From: Raillietiella orientalis
Taxonomy: Eukaryota
Direction: 5' to 3'
Assembly (NCBI GenBank): GCA_036172245.1
Contig: JAYWIR010000025.1
Coordinates: 2,418,001 to 2,482,000, forward strand
DNA length: 64,000 nt
A program made the position numbers and the translations under genes. The notes beneath the pieces were generated by a model that searched no databases, was not told the DNA's origin, and was given only the letters and a program-made list of their open reading frames with translations. This document shows, in pieces, positions 46,700-59,350 of this stretch (within the stretch, counting starts at the first letter, position 1; every line of letters starts with the position of its first letter).

Positions 46700-48000
46700 G
46701 GTCGCCAGATGAGGGGGGGGGATCTCAAGAACCAGGGATAGGTCACACCGAGCGTGACCCCGCTTGCCTGTCACGACGATGGCTCCTTCGCTTGCGGCTT
46801 CATCCTTGACGTCCCCCGATCGGAGGAGCTGCGCGGGGAGCAACAACTCTTTCCTGCAGGGGACGCCAGGCGTGTTACGAGATGTTGCCTCGCATGCCGA
46901 ATGGCTGCGTGACGTCACTCCCGACTGTACTCGGAAAGGCGTGACGCCTAGAGAGTGCCAGGAAGCACACATCGAGAGGGCTGTTGGCGGGAGATGGCTC
47001 CCCTAACGCGCTCCCAAGGCGCCACGGAAGAGCTCGGGCGCAGCATTTCGACATGTCGGAGAAAGTATGACGAGACTGACGGGACGCAGCCACGAGACTT
47101 ATGGGGCTGTGGTAAGGATCCTGGCGGTGGGACGTCCTCGATCCACAAAACGACGAGTTGCTGGGTTGCGAGCAGAGGAAACGGAGCGACTCGTGACTGC
47201 CTTTGTGAATCTGTTGCATGGAGATGTCTGCTGGAGGACGTCGACCGGATGGACAATCGGTTCGACTTCCAGGACTCCCGGAAAAATCGCTCCCACGATG
47301 GAGTCGAAGAAGATCTGGATCCCCCTGCGAAGCGCGCCGAACTAGGTTCCCCCGGCCAGGATGCTCGGGAGATTTCGGGGAGCAAGTGGGAACTGACCGA
47401 GACTGGTGGGACGTGAGGAAGCTTTCCCGGCCGTGTCTCCACCGCACCTCTAGGATCAGCGCGGCGCACCAAAGGCCGCTCGCTGTCTTCCCGGGCAAGG
47501 TGCGACGCGTCAGGGAACAAGGGGAAACGACAGGCTTTCCGTTACACCGAAAGGGCGCTGGCCCGTTTGGTCTTCGCGTTCGTCACTGGACGCGAACCTG
47601 GGCGAGAGTCGCTCCCGCGGAACCGGAAGAGGGGAAGACGGACATGCGACGCGCGGGAGGCTGCGTTGATCCCGCTCGCTCGCTGCTGTAGCGGCGGGTG
47701 CCCACCAAAGCAGAGAGGCGCCTCTGTTCGTCTGACGGAGAGAAGGAAGCCTGGAGGTGGAGGACTTTTAAGAGGCGGGATGGCTGCCAGGCACGTCGTC
47801 GAGTCTTCGAATCGGAGCACCCGCGCCCACCCAGCGAAGCCGCTCATGGGGGCAGACCGGAAGGTGCTCAGGCAGACGAGGGAGTCCCGCCGTGAACGCG
47901 CTATGGTCCTGTCGGCAGCAAGCGCTTCTTGAAACCGAGGAAGGTCGAAGCTGCGGGCGCCACGTCAGAGCTTGGCGCCTCAAGCACGAACCCTTCCGGC
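46700..48000 (+). mobile_element. Possible decayed L1/Tx1-like fragment (post-RT thumb)
   Basis: RLTGR...ERLVTAFVNLLHG resembles LSxxGR...FxFLWxG; weak. Confidence 0.25.
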
Positions 48001-49879
48001 TGTATCTGCCTGTACCCAGAGCTGCTTCCAGTCCGCACAGTTACGAATGGTGACGACGGTTAGCTGCTGATGGCGGGGGATGGGACGCGAGCCTCGGAGA
48101 GACGGATCAGCTAAGGGGTGCACGGTATCAAACACCCGCAGCAGAGGGGGGTCGAATTTTGTACCCAGCGACACTGCTTTGATTTCTTGCCAACGGCGTG
48201 CCACGAGTACTGCCGGCACAACGGGAAAGTTGCTGAACCATCGAGAGCTGCTTCCTCTTTGCCTTGCTTTCTTGAGAAACGAGCAAGGATGAAGATCGCA
48301 ACACCCGGTTATGCCAGGGCATTTCTTACGGAAAGCAATGAAAATACATTTTTGTCGTAGAACCGTTGGTTCAACCACGCACAATGAATTTGCGAAAAGG
48401 CGGTACGCAGACCGGCGAGGTGCTCTTCGGCAGCGCGGGGGGAGGGAAAACAAAAAGAGAAACAAACGAAACAGGGGAGGGAAATCGATAGGCGGGGAAG
48501 GAAGGGGGTGAGGAGGAACGGATCACGGTTCGCTGCCAGACGTCTCCGGCATCCTGTTCAGGATGCTGGCAAGTTCTGTGCGGATATTGCCTGGTTCTCG
48601 AGGGGGTCCTCAGGAAGATTCGCACCCATTGGAAGATTCGCGTCCCTGCCATTCTGGCCTCTTCTTCCCGCGTTCCAGGCTGCCACGATTCCGAGGACGT
48701 AGCAGAGGAGTGCGAGGGCCGCGGCTGGCAGCAAGCGCGAAGAAGAGTTTTCCTGAGACCGCTCGCCGGGATTCCTAGGATCGTTGCCAGGATCACAAAG
48801 GGGTCGGAGGGCAACACAGTGCAGCAGCAGGTGAGAGAGGTTCTCCTTCTTCCCGCACGTGTCGCACTTGGCATTTCCACGTTCCCCTACAACCATTGGT
48901 GGAATCGCGCTTTGCACGGGATTCCCACATGCAACGACGCCAACTCTCCCCACTTGAGGGGGAGGGTTGCACTTCACCTCCTCCGGAGGGATTCCCAACA
49001 GCTCTCCTGAGCGTACAAGTTCGTGGGGTGGGACACTCGGCGCCGCAGCATCCGTCACTTCCCGAGTTGTCCAGGCACTCGATAGTTTTTCTTCTTTGCA
49101 GCTATGCAGCACGTCACTTCCCACCCTGCCGAGATCGCGTTGTCCCTTGCTTTGCTCCCTTCGGAAGGACAACACTGTGGCAAGGGGGGTAGAGGATATG
49201 TGTGATGGAAAAGCTTTGGGATTTCTCTGTTTTCGCCGCTTTCCTTCCAGCTTCTTTCTTTTTTCCGGTTTCTGCCAAGTGCTGAAGAACCTCCTTACGA
49301 TGGTCCCGAGAAGCTCTTCAGCGCTGTCCACGGCACCTGAGAGTGCCTGTGACTCTTCAATTCATAGGCAGTAACCCCGTAGGGAACACCCTCTGAATGT
49401 GGGAAGGCTCCTGTGGAAGGAGTCCGATCCTCTAGCGTTTGGGAGAGGAACCCCGGAGGGAACCGCTTCCTCTCCCCTTCCGGAGGAACCCTCTGACCAG
49501 GGACCGCTTCCCGTTTCTTCTCCAAAGGGAACCCGGAAGGGATCCGCTCCTGGAGTTTCTTCTCCGGAGGTAACCTTCAAGGAAACCTCTCCTTGCATCC
49601 TCTTTCTCTGAAGAGAGAACTCTGAAGGGAAGCCTCCAAATTTCTCTAGAGAGGTTTCCCCGGAGGAAGCAGCGCGCTTCTTGACACTCTGCAGAGGCAA
49701 CGCAAGCCCCCTAGAGTCGGACGTTCCAATGGGTCGACTTCCAATTCTGGCCAGGCATCCGGCTGCTTCTGCCGGTGCCGCATCCGAGGCCGCCCGAAGC
49801 CAACCGGCGTCGTCGTCCTACGGGAGGGGGAGACTCGGGTCCGCAGCGCCTCCCTCCCTTCTCGTTGTCGCCGTGGGTC

Positions 49880-49945
49880 CTTCCCCGCACGGGATTCGAA
49901 CCCGCGACGCTTGGTGTCACGTGGCAGCCAACGCGGGCCAGGGCG
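49880..49945 (-). mobile_element. tRNA-derived SINE-like head or tRNA pseudogene fragment
   Basis: Minus strand: TGGCCCGCGTTGG (A-box-like) ... GCGGGTTCGAATCCCGT (T-arm/B-box); no complete cloverleaf. Confidence 0.4.
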
Positions 49946-51480
49946 GATCTCCCGAGTCGATTTGGGAGTGTCGCCTCTTCGTCCCGGCGATGAAGAAGAA
50001 CGACACTCGCCTCTTCTGTTTTTCCTCTTCTTGCGATGGCAGGAAGGAATTTCAGGAAAAGGAGAGGCGGAAAATCCGCAGCTGTATCGGAAGGGGAGGA
50101 GGTTCTCGCCGAGCAACATTCGCTGCCGCATCTGGAAGGAAAGGCTAGGCCAGGGCGAACACGCACTCTTGCTCACGGCATCCCGATTTCCAGCGGGACG
50201 TGGGCGGTTGCGAAACCCGCAGCTCAGGGAGCTCCTCCGGGATCTCTTCGACAGCTGTCAGCGAGAGGATGGCCGTGAACCTCCATCCCGAAGTTCAGTT
50301 CAGATTTTCGGCTCGGTGGATGCGTGGGAGGGGGTGGGATGGTGGGGTGGTGAATCTCTATCCTCCAGGAGGTTCGCCTTCCGTTTCGGGAAGGCGGCCT
50401 CGAGGCGGCCATGGTGATCCCGGAAGCCTCAGACCCGAGCCGGGAGCCAGCGCTTGGCGTTCCCTGCTTTCTGGCATGGGGCGCGCGGCATGACGGAAAG
50501 CCACACCCGCTTCTGGTGCTGCGATCCCCTTCGAAGAGGGCGCCGTCCCAGGCGGAACGTCACCTACGCAGATAGGTAGGGACCCCGCCCATTCGCATGT
50601 GTGCGAAGACCACACGGCTTCTGCTTCCATCGCTCGCTTTTCCGGAACGCTCTCGACCTCTGCGCTGCTAGCCAGAAGGCGGAGGTGGGGACTCTCTTTA
50701 ACGAGTGGAGAGTGAGGGCGGCGGTGACGGCGCTAGGGTGGCGGGTCTACGGGACGCGGGAAGGGACTCCTTTCGGACTCTGGAATTTCCGAGGTTAGCC
50801 CACCCCGTGGCGTTCCGGTTCATCCCTGCTGCCATCATCGCCGAAGGAGCAATTCTCCCTCCGCTGCGTCCCGAGGAGGGGGGGCGAAACGGCTTCCAGA
50901 TCCGCCTGGATACCATCCAGTTGACGGAGAGCGCGTGTCCAGCGTCCGCCGGGTGACGCCCGGGGAGGGAATCTTTTCTGGGATGCTCCACTGACCGGAA
51001 AAAGCCCGCAGAGCGGAAAAGAGTGCAGAAAAGCGGTCCCTCTTGGCTCCAAACGCCGCGGGGGACCGCTCAAGAAGGTGACCCCCAAAAGGGGAAGTTT
51101 CCGGTTCGGGTTTTCCTCGTCTGCAGCGCAGAAGGCGAGCCGCGATCTTCCGCTGGCGCCGGCACCGCAGAAGCTCAAACGGTGCCGGAGGCTAGAAAGA
51201 AGAGATTGGGCCAGACCTTCGGAGCGGCTCCACGAGATCTCCGGCACGCTCCGCGGGCGTTGCGCATTTCAGCCCCTCCTTCTCCCCTCCCCCCTCTCTC
51301 CCCGTATGTAGCAGCCGATCGCGCGAAGGGAGATAGGAAGGTGAGGGGAAGGGATGGAAGCGTGTGCCGCCTCGTTCCCCACTTGCAGCTCCGCTTCCTC
51401 CAGAGCGCGCCTTCCGTCTCCCCTACAGGGCGTGGAGTGCCTGCGGTCAGCTGGATCGTGGCCGTTACCTAAGCAAGGAT

Positions 51481-51516
51481 GGACTTATTCCTGCCGCGGG
51501 ACTTATTCCTGCCGCG
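51481..51516. repeat. Perfect 18-bp tandem duplication
   Basis: GGACTTATTCCTGCCGCG x2. Confidence 0.95.
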
Positions 51517-53399
51517 CGCACCTTGGGGGGTCAAGCGAGAGGATCCGTGTCTCCTTCGACCCTCCAGGGGAGGGCTGCCATCCAAGAGCGACCCGCGTGT
51601 TCCCTAGACGTCTCCTCTGCTCGTCTCGAGGGAAGGAAAGCGTCCACGAGGGAATGAGCCTCTGGAGCCTTTGCCCCCGATGCGCGAACCACTCAGAATC
51701 CTTCTGGAAGCCCCTTTCGGCGGAAGCAAAGGGGTGGCGTCCTGGACGCTCCCGCGGGGGTTCCTTTGCCGGCGACGACGCCGGTCGTCCGGCGAACCCC
51801 TCGTTCGGTCGCTCGGTGGCAATAGTCACAGGGTGATGGGAGGTAGCTCGGACGCGCGCACCTGCGTGGTGGCCGGACGCGGCGGCGGCTCCGGGTCGTC
51901 CCGCCGCCGCGCGCGCGAGAAATCCCCCCTAGGTACTACGCAGCTCCAGGCGATCCGCAGACCTAAGCGGAACGCCCGAGGGGAACGGCGGGTGCACCTT
52001 AAGGCGTCGCGCGCTCCTCCCTAAGGGAAGAGGAAGAAAAATTCCACAATCTGTCGGCTCCCGCCTTTGTTTGCTTCTCATGGAAGCCACGGAGGAGAGG
52101 AGAGCGCTTTCGGTGTTTCTTCCAAGTCGCCGTGCGTCCCGGAGGCGCTGCCCTTCTCCCTTCCCTCCTCCTCCTCCCCTCAAAACGAAAAAAAAGAAAA
52201 GAAGAAACCAGCGTGGAAGAAATCCACATCCTAAGGGCTTCACGTGGTGCATTCACGGCTTCTCTGGAGGAGTGTCAGCAAAGGTAAACAACAACAACAG
52301 CGGAGCGCTCTGTCTGCCTCATTTCGGAGGCTGGACGGGACGGGATGGACCTCCTCGAGAAGGTGCCAGACGGCAACCCGACGCGCTCGCGCTCCGAGGT
52401 AACTGCCGGCCAGGGGGTCGGACGTGGGGAAAAGGGAGGGAGACCACTTCGCGAGACGGTTCCTGGCCTGCACGGTGCCACCCCCTCACTTCGCGCCGGC
52501 TGACTTCCTCGCTCGCCTCCGACCTGCTCAGAGCGCTCTCCCACGAAGCACTCCGATCGTGCAGCCCATCCTCCCTGCCCCCCTCCCGTGACTTCGCGCG
52601 CTTCCTCGGAGACAGGCAGGTGCCCACCGTGAATTGCGAGCTCTGCAGAATGCGAGGGGCAGCAGGAGTGGCCAGAGCGAGCTAGGAAGCTGGACGAAGG
52701 AAGAGGAGAGGCAGGAATGAGCGCAGCCTCGACAGCCTGGAAACGGGGGCCGGAAAAGTTCCCGGAGCGATCCCGAGCGGTCCCTCCGCCATCGCTGCAC
52801 ACGTATCGCGCGCGTGCGGAGCGGAGTACGCGGGAGCCCTGCTTCTCTTCCTTCCTGCTTTTGCTCCCCCGCCGGTTCGCATGTCGGCACGGATCCCGGT
52901 AGTGGATCGAGAGCAGGAGGGCAGTGGGCCGAGCGTGTCCGCGCGGACGCCGTGGTGGAGTACCATCACGTCCCTGCGCGCGCGCCCGAGCCGGCCCGAC
53001 CTACTCCCGACGCGAGCTCCCAAACGACGCGTCCCGAAGGACTGGCCGACGACCACATGAAGGCGCGCGCGCGCTCGGCCTCGCTTCCCGGGAGCGGCGA
53101 GCGAGAGCCGAGAGCTCCCTACAGGTGTCAGTTGGACCTGCTGCTCTAGCGGAAGCCTTCCATCTCGTCGCCCGAGCGGTTCTTATCGGACCGGAATCTC
53201 CGCGCGCGCAAAGGGACGCGTCGGTGTCGCGCGGACGGACGGGTTCGGCAGCGATCGTCGAGAGGCCGCCTTCGAGCGGAAGGCGGCTGCTCTTCCGAAT
53301 CTGTTCGGGCCAGCATCCGTCCGCCTCGATCGGGGCGAAAATTTTAAGGATGCGATGATTTTAAGGATGCAGACGGCAAGGCGGCACAGGGAAAGGAGC

Positions 53400-53755
53400 C
53401 GCGTGTTTGGCCGAGAGTGACGTGGGGATGAGAGATGCGTGTGGATGCGGAGGGAGGCTACTTCTCGTATGAGCGAAGCGGATCATCTCACGAATTTAGG
53501 TCGCCGTATGTTGATACGTGTGAAAAAACCCGAAGGGTGCGACTGGCGTTTAGGGTTCGAATGCCTGAAGCTATGGAGGAATCGATTCTTGCCTCCGTCT
53601 CGATGTGTCTTCCACGATTTGCCGGCCACTGGATGTTTAATCTGTTGCCATGGGCGAGGCGATTCGGTCCGATAACGGAAACGATCCAACGGACCAAGTT
53701 GCCGGTCATAAAGACGAGGAACGCTCGATTTATTTATTTATTTGTTTATTTACTT
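53400..53755 (+). mobile_element. Possible CR1/L2-type 3' end remnant with (TTTA)n tail
   Basis: YFS...H....RLAFRVR / KLWRNRFLP resembles the R..FF..RV..WNxLP terminus; followed by TTTA repeats at 53729-53752. Confidence 0.3.
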
Positions 53756-56700
53756 TTCGTTTAGAGCAGATGGAGTTGGAGGGCGGGAGAAAGTTCTACG
53801 CCCATGGGCCGTTGGCTGCTTTCGCCGTGCCGCCCTCTCTCGGGACAGCAGAGGAAGCACAGACCGAAGGTGTGAGGAGTGGGGTACCAGGGGACGACGG
53901 GGGAACCATGCAGAAGGTGATTCGGACCCCAAGGCAGGAGTAGGAGCGAGATGCAGATGGATCCGGGCAAGGGGCAGCTGATTCCGGACTAGTCTCCTCT
54001 TCGCGCCTCCAGGCTGCACGCTGTTCCGTAGAAGGAGAGAGGCTGGTTGCCGGGAAGTGGTGCCTGCCGCCGCCGCCAGAAGCGGAGTCACAACGGGGGA
54101 GGAACGGACGACGAGTCAAACATCCCGTTCGAGTGTTTCGAAAGAAGAATGCCTCTCTTCTGGATGGCCGACGGCGTGTCCGCCGCTGTGCCACGGACGC
54201 AGTGCCTGCTGCTGCGTACCTGCAAACGTCATCGCGCGACGCGACTCGGGAAAACATCCCCGGGGGTGCGACACCTGGGAAACCTCGCCACGGAGAAGGA
54301 GGCGAGCATGAAGGCCGGCGAACACCACCACAGCGGGTTCCCGCTGCACCGCGAGGTAGCGAAATGGCAGGAGAGGTGCTGATTAGAAAACAGCCATTTT
54401 TTTTTTTTTTTTTCTTTTGCCATTTTAGGCTCGGACACGTAAAGATGAAAAGCAGCATGGCGGATGGTTTCTCACTTTCCGTAGTTGGAAACGCGGCCGC
54501 AGATCCGCTGTAATTCGCACCGTGGCTGCCACATGGTAATGGACATGGCAACAAATCAAAAACAGGTCCACACATAAATACGGATGTAGATGCATGGCAA
54601 ACTGTAAATACACTGCACTTCATTTATACACATAATGGTTGCATTGTACACATGAAAACACTGCGATGTCTGCGTCATCCGCAGCTCTTGGTACAGTAAT
54701 GCGTAAACAAGTGGTATTTATATCTTTGTCAGTCGTTTGGAACTGCTGCTGCTGCTTGTGTTTCAACGTCCCTTTCACCTACTACACGTAGAACGCTACA
54801 CCTACGAATTCTTTGCGTGTGGATATGATGCTTCCCGCACATGCATGTGTAATATTTTCGCTTTTTATTCTCAGGTGAAAAATGCACGTGGAGCTCCCGC
54901 CGGGATCAAAGGAGAAAATTCCGCTCCTACTTTTGTGGTCGGAAAAGAGGTCGTTTGGAAACCGCGAGAGCCGAGGAAACGCACGGCGACCTTTCTTTCC
55001 TCCCTGTGGAACGCGCGCAATTAAAGCGGATAATCGTTGCTTGGAGGCAGAATCGCGGCGCTGTTTCCTTCCACCTTGTCTCGCCGCAGGATGCTTTTCG
55101 AATGGCTGGAAGCCGCCTGGACTGCGTCTTCGCGCAAGAAAACACAACGCGATTGTGTCCTGCAGAAGCGTCGGTGCACCGACTGTTCAGACGGTACAGA
55201 TTCCTGCGTTCCTCTTACATCCGACATCACCGAAGTTTCGGTGAGCACGTGTACATGCGTGCGTGTACACGGAAGCAGTCGCGACTCGGACGTGCGTGGT
55301 GAAAAGGGAGCGCGTCGCACACGAGCACAAGCGGCACATTTAGAACAACAAATGCGGAAGGTAAATATTAGATGAAGGCCGGTAAATATGCGACAGAGTG
55401 AAGCACGCACACGCGAACAAGAAGAAGCGTTTGCCGCGAACGTCGCTCTTAAGTTACGAGATGGAGCAAAGCAGAACGCCTGAGGATGAGCGTGCATTTC
55501 CTCAGCGTCGTCGCGGGAAATTCACACTGCCTGTGGGGTCGGGCGAAAGGACCCTGAGGATCGCGAATTCGACCGGAGAGAGTTCTTTTCGGAGGACGGG
55601 CATTCCCGCCGGTGGTAGTGATGGTGGCGGTACAGAGTGGCCGGAAAAGGAGGCAGTCAGTCCGAAGCGTTCGGGAAGGCTCCGACGCCGGACGCCGTTG
55701 TTTTCTTGCGCCATCACTTGAGGTTGCCAAGTGCACCATCGAAAGCGTGAAACATCCTTCGGAGATGAACTCGCGGCGAAAGGGGGGGGGGGAGATAATA
55801 GATGCCTGCTTGTGACATGCCTGGACGCACGGAAACTGACATAAAGATTTACGTCCAGAAGGCTGTCAGTGCTCCGGACGGAAGGCAAGCATGAAGGGAA
55901 GCAGATCATGATGCAATACGTGATCCTGGGGCGCCTCCATGAGACCAAGAAGAGCAGTTTGTTTTGCTTTGCTTTGTTTGCCAAGATCTGACTTTGTTTT
56001 GAAAGAGAGAGAGGGAGCAAATGAAGCAGGAAGCGTGGCAGACTTGTGGTCTTCCTTCTTTCTAACAGCTCCCGGGCGGAACTGCTGACTCTTCCGACTT
56101 GCCGTTCGTTTTTGCTTTCCACCACCGCCCCACAAGCCGATGGCAAGTGGTCCGTGACAAAGCAGCATCCCGGCTCTCCCCCAGGACCACCGGAATCGCT
56201 TCGGTGCTCTGCTGTGATCCGCAGCTCCCTTCCTCCCGTGAGGAGCATCGGTTAGCGACTTGCGTCCCCGTCGCTTCCTGCTTCGCCTTCCGCGCCGTGT
56301 TCGAAAGATCGCGCCTGACGCCGCTGCTGGCGACGCGATCGCGCGACGGAAGCGCCTGTTCGGAAGCGGAAGCCAGCGGAAGCACAAGAGGTGACCTCGC
56401 GTTCAGAGTCCTCGGAACGACCTCGTCACGCGCCTGGCTGGGACATTAACCCCTGGACCTCGGATGCCAGATCGGGTCTGTTTCCAGGGAAATTTCTCGA
56501 AGGATAGTGGAGCACCGGGGTTCCACTCTCGTATCCTCTGGGAAGAATGAGGCGGGATCCGTGGACTCACGTAGATTCTTGCATCTCGTGCATTTCTAAA
56601 TCAAGAATTTTTTTTCCCTGGAGGCTTTCAAGCCTCTCGCGGTTCTCCGTTGCTCCCGGGGCAAGGAGCAAGCGCGAGTTTTTTCCGAGGCTCCACAGCT

Positions 56701-56999
56701 TCCCAGGCGCCTGCTCTTCGGTGCATCGAGACGAAGCCACATACACCCAAGCTCTTTCCGCCGGAGGTTTCTGAAGGAAAGATCACCACTAGACCCTCGC
56801 GGCCGACGCTGCGGTTTTGTGAAGAAGAGAAACTTCTCGAAGTCGGAAACCGGCGTATGGAATCACCCGAGGGTGTGCACCTCTCTCTGAGCAGTTTCGC
56901 TTGGGAAGAAATGGACGAAGATGACAGAGATATACATCCAGGGACCACTCTTGAACTTCGAGAACCTCTTTGAACTATTTCTCCTTTTCCTCCTTCTTC

Positions 57000-59350
57000 G
57001 TTTTTCTTTTGTTTTTTGTTTTATCAAGACCTCGGCATCACGAAGACGTGCAAACAGAGAGTCTCCTCTACAGAAGAATGCTATGATCTGTACTGTTTCT
57101 GGATGCGCAGATGCGCTGCAAGGTAAACCGCGGGCTTTTCTACTCGCTTCGTGATTCGACGGCACGGCGGTAGCGATGCTGCCCTCCGCAGAAGGTGAGA
57201 ACTGCGCCGTTTCAGGCGGCCGAAGATCCAAGTTGCAAGGACATCCCGAAGGCAGCTTGGTCGTCGAATGACGCTTGGACAGAGCACTGCTCACCGCTGC
57301 TGTCACGGAGGACGCACCGCCTCTCAGGAGCCTCGATGAAGCTCTTTTCGAAAGGAAGCCAGCAGGGGTTTAATGCTCTTGCACCCCACTCCTCAAGCGA
57401 TTCCGAAAGGCCTTCGCGCAAGCTCGCAAAAGGGGACGTCGCGTCATTGAGCGTGTGGGACGACTCGCGGGGACCCCAAGCTTGGCAAGTGGCTCTTCCC
57501 TAGCACGCGAAAGCAGCCGGGTGCGTCCCGGAGGGAAGTTCTCTCGACCCTTCTGAGTCGGCCCAACGCGCGCGTCAGGACGCAACCAAAGAGAAACGGC
57601 GAAGACGATTCCTGGTTGCTGGTCGAAGGAACACCCCACGGACGCACGTCTGATGCCTGAGCCGCCTCCTCGCCACCTCGCAGGGGCCCGCCTCGGAGCC
57701 CACGACGCGTCCAGCTAGGCGTGGATCCCCATGAGGGCGCTTCGGGACCGTGGCGTGCGTCGGCAGCACGCGGGAATGCCGCTCTGCCATGAGACCTCCA
57801 GGGAGGGCCCAGCTATCTACGAAAATCTTGGCGAGAAGACCACTCAATCTTCTGGAGAGCAAGCCTTCCTTAATACGCCCCCCCGGGGCACGAAATCTCA
57901 GAAGAGGAATCGCCGGAAAACGCGAATTTTCGCGCCACGGCTTGCCCTTTCGCATCCTTCCGCACCGACTGTGCTCGTTCGATGTGCTTCAAAGTTTTTC
58001 ACCCGTAGGCGTTTGCTTTTATAGAATCACCCACACGCAGGTCGGGATATCCAGAAGTCCGGAACGAGGAAGAGGAAAAGGGACAGCAAAGAAAAAAAGA
58101 GGTATCCGGAGGGTTGGGGAAGGGGTCTTTGCTCTGAGTACGCAGGAATGAAAACGGGTGTACGCCGTTCCTTCACTTCAGGACCGACGCTGGACGCCGG
58201 AGATCTCCTTTGCTTCTTCTTCCAGTTAAGACCACCTCGCAGCCGTCCTCACGTAGGGGGCGGCTGCCATTTCTCCGCCGCATCAACGTCTCCAGAACAT
58301 TTCGGACCGTGACGATGGCGCGGACGCAACCATCCATCGTTGCCATCACCGCGTCCGTCGATAGTCCCAGAGGACGAACCGCCTCAGCAGATCACGGACA
58401 GTATCATTCTGGTGCAGGAGCGCTGACGCCAGCCTCCGCCACAGTCCCTGGAGGACACCGCAGTCCTAAAACAAGTGAGATGGGATCGACTCCGCCTACC
58501 CGCACCTGGCATGGTTCGGGGATGCAGCTCCTGCGGAAACGCAGGTTTGCACTAGAATCCCCAGTAGGGGAAGTGGCAGCACGGCCTGTTTCCAGGAGAC
58601 GGGGGACGAGGAAGTGTCCAAACATCGGGGAAGAGGGGCCACAAGTTCTTCGAGGACAACACTCTGAAGTTCACTTCACCGAAAAAGTCCCGTCGCCAAA
58701 GCACGCGGAGTGACAGCATCCAACAGCTCGCGCGTCTTCCAGCTGCCAAAGAGTTTCGTCCTTCCCGCGATGGTGCAGGAAAACTCCCACCGCGCCGCTA
58801 GACTCTTATCGTCTCTTGCCCTGAGGGCGGACAGGGCCGGGGCAAGAAGTGTGGAGGCCAGAGTCGACCACTTCACCGATTCTTGCATCCCCACTTCCAG
58901 AAGTCGTGACAGGAAGTGTCGCAGGGGGGCAAAGGTCCTCCGGGCGCACTTCTTGAAATGCAGCACAGGATCTAACACCCTCCTTCCGCCAGGCATTGGA
59001 GCTCATTGGAGGGCAGGAAATCCACGGATGGACTTCCAGTAGAGAGGCGAGCTGTCTCAGGAGGAAGCCGAATCCCTGCATCCTGCAATGGGGTGCTCGA
59101 CGGCAACGAAAGCAGTACTTCGCTTCCGGCGCATCTCCGCTGGATGATCCCAAGTAGTACTGGGTACTGCGCGCGTTTCCGCACAGCGATCATTTTCAAC
59201 CTCGGCTTCTCACAAGCGACGCAAACGGGTAAACAAAGAAAGGGAAGAGGAGCCCTGCTTTCGGATTCGGGGGACTCGGCCCGAAATACATGTGGGCTCG
59301 GAGGACGGAAGAGCAAACAAGACCCGTTTCGTCGAGAGCCGCCGGCGGGT
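57000..59350 (+). mobile_element. Decayed L1/Tx1-like RT region
   Basis: MRPPG...STKILARRPLNLL (WRPI...YKILAxRL) at about 57.8 kb; FVLP thumb-like region at about 58.75 kb. Confidence 0.4.

Larger units (their letters stand above)
48550..51800 (-). mobile_element. Decayed L1/Tx1-like retrotransposon (RT to CCHC knuckle)
   Basis: Clear knuckle KCDTCGKKENLSHLLLHC at about 48820-48875; upstream DSLPGR..D (GFxPGR) at about 50.96 kb and KDSEWFAHR at about 51.69 kb. Confidence 0.55.

Noticed and set aside
49880..49945. Functional tRNA gene
   Set aside because: Only the T-arm is intact; the acceptor, D and anticodon stems do not close.
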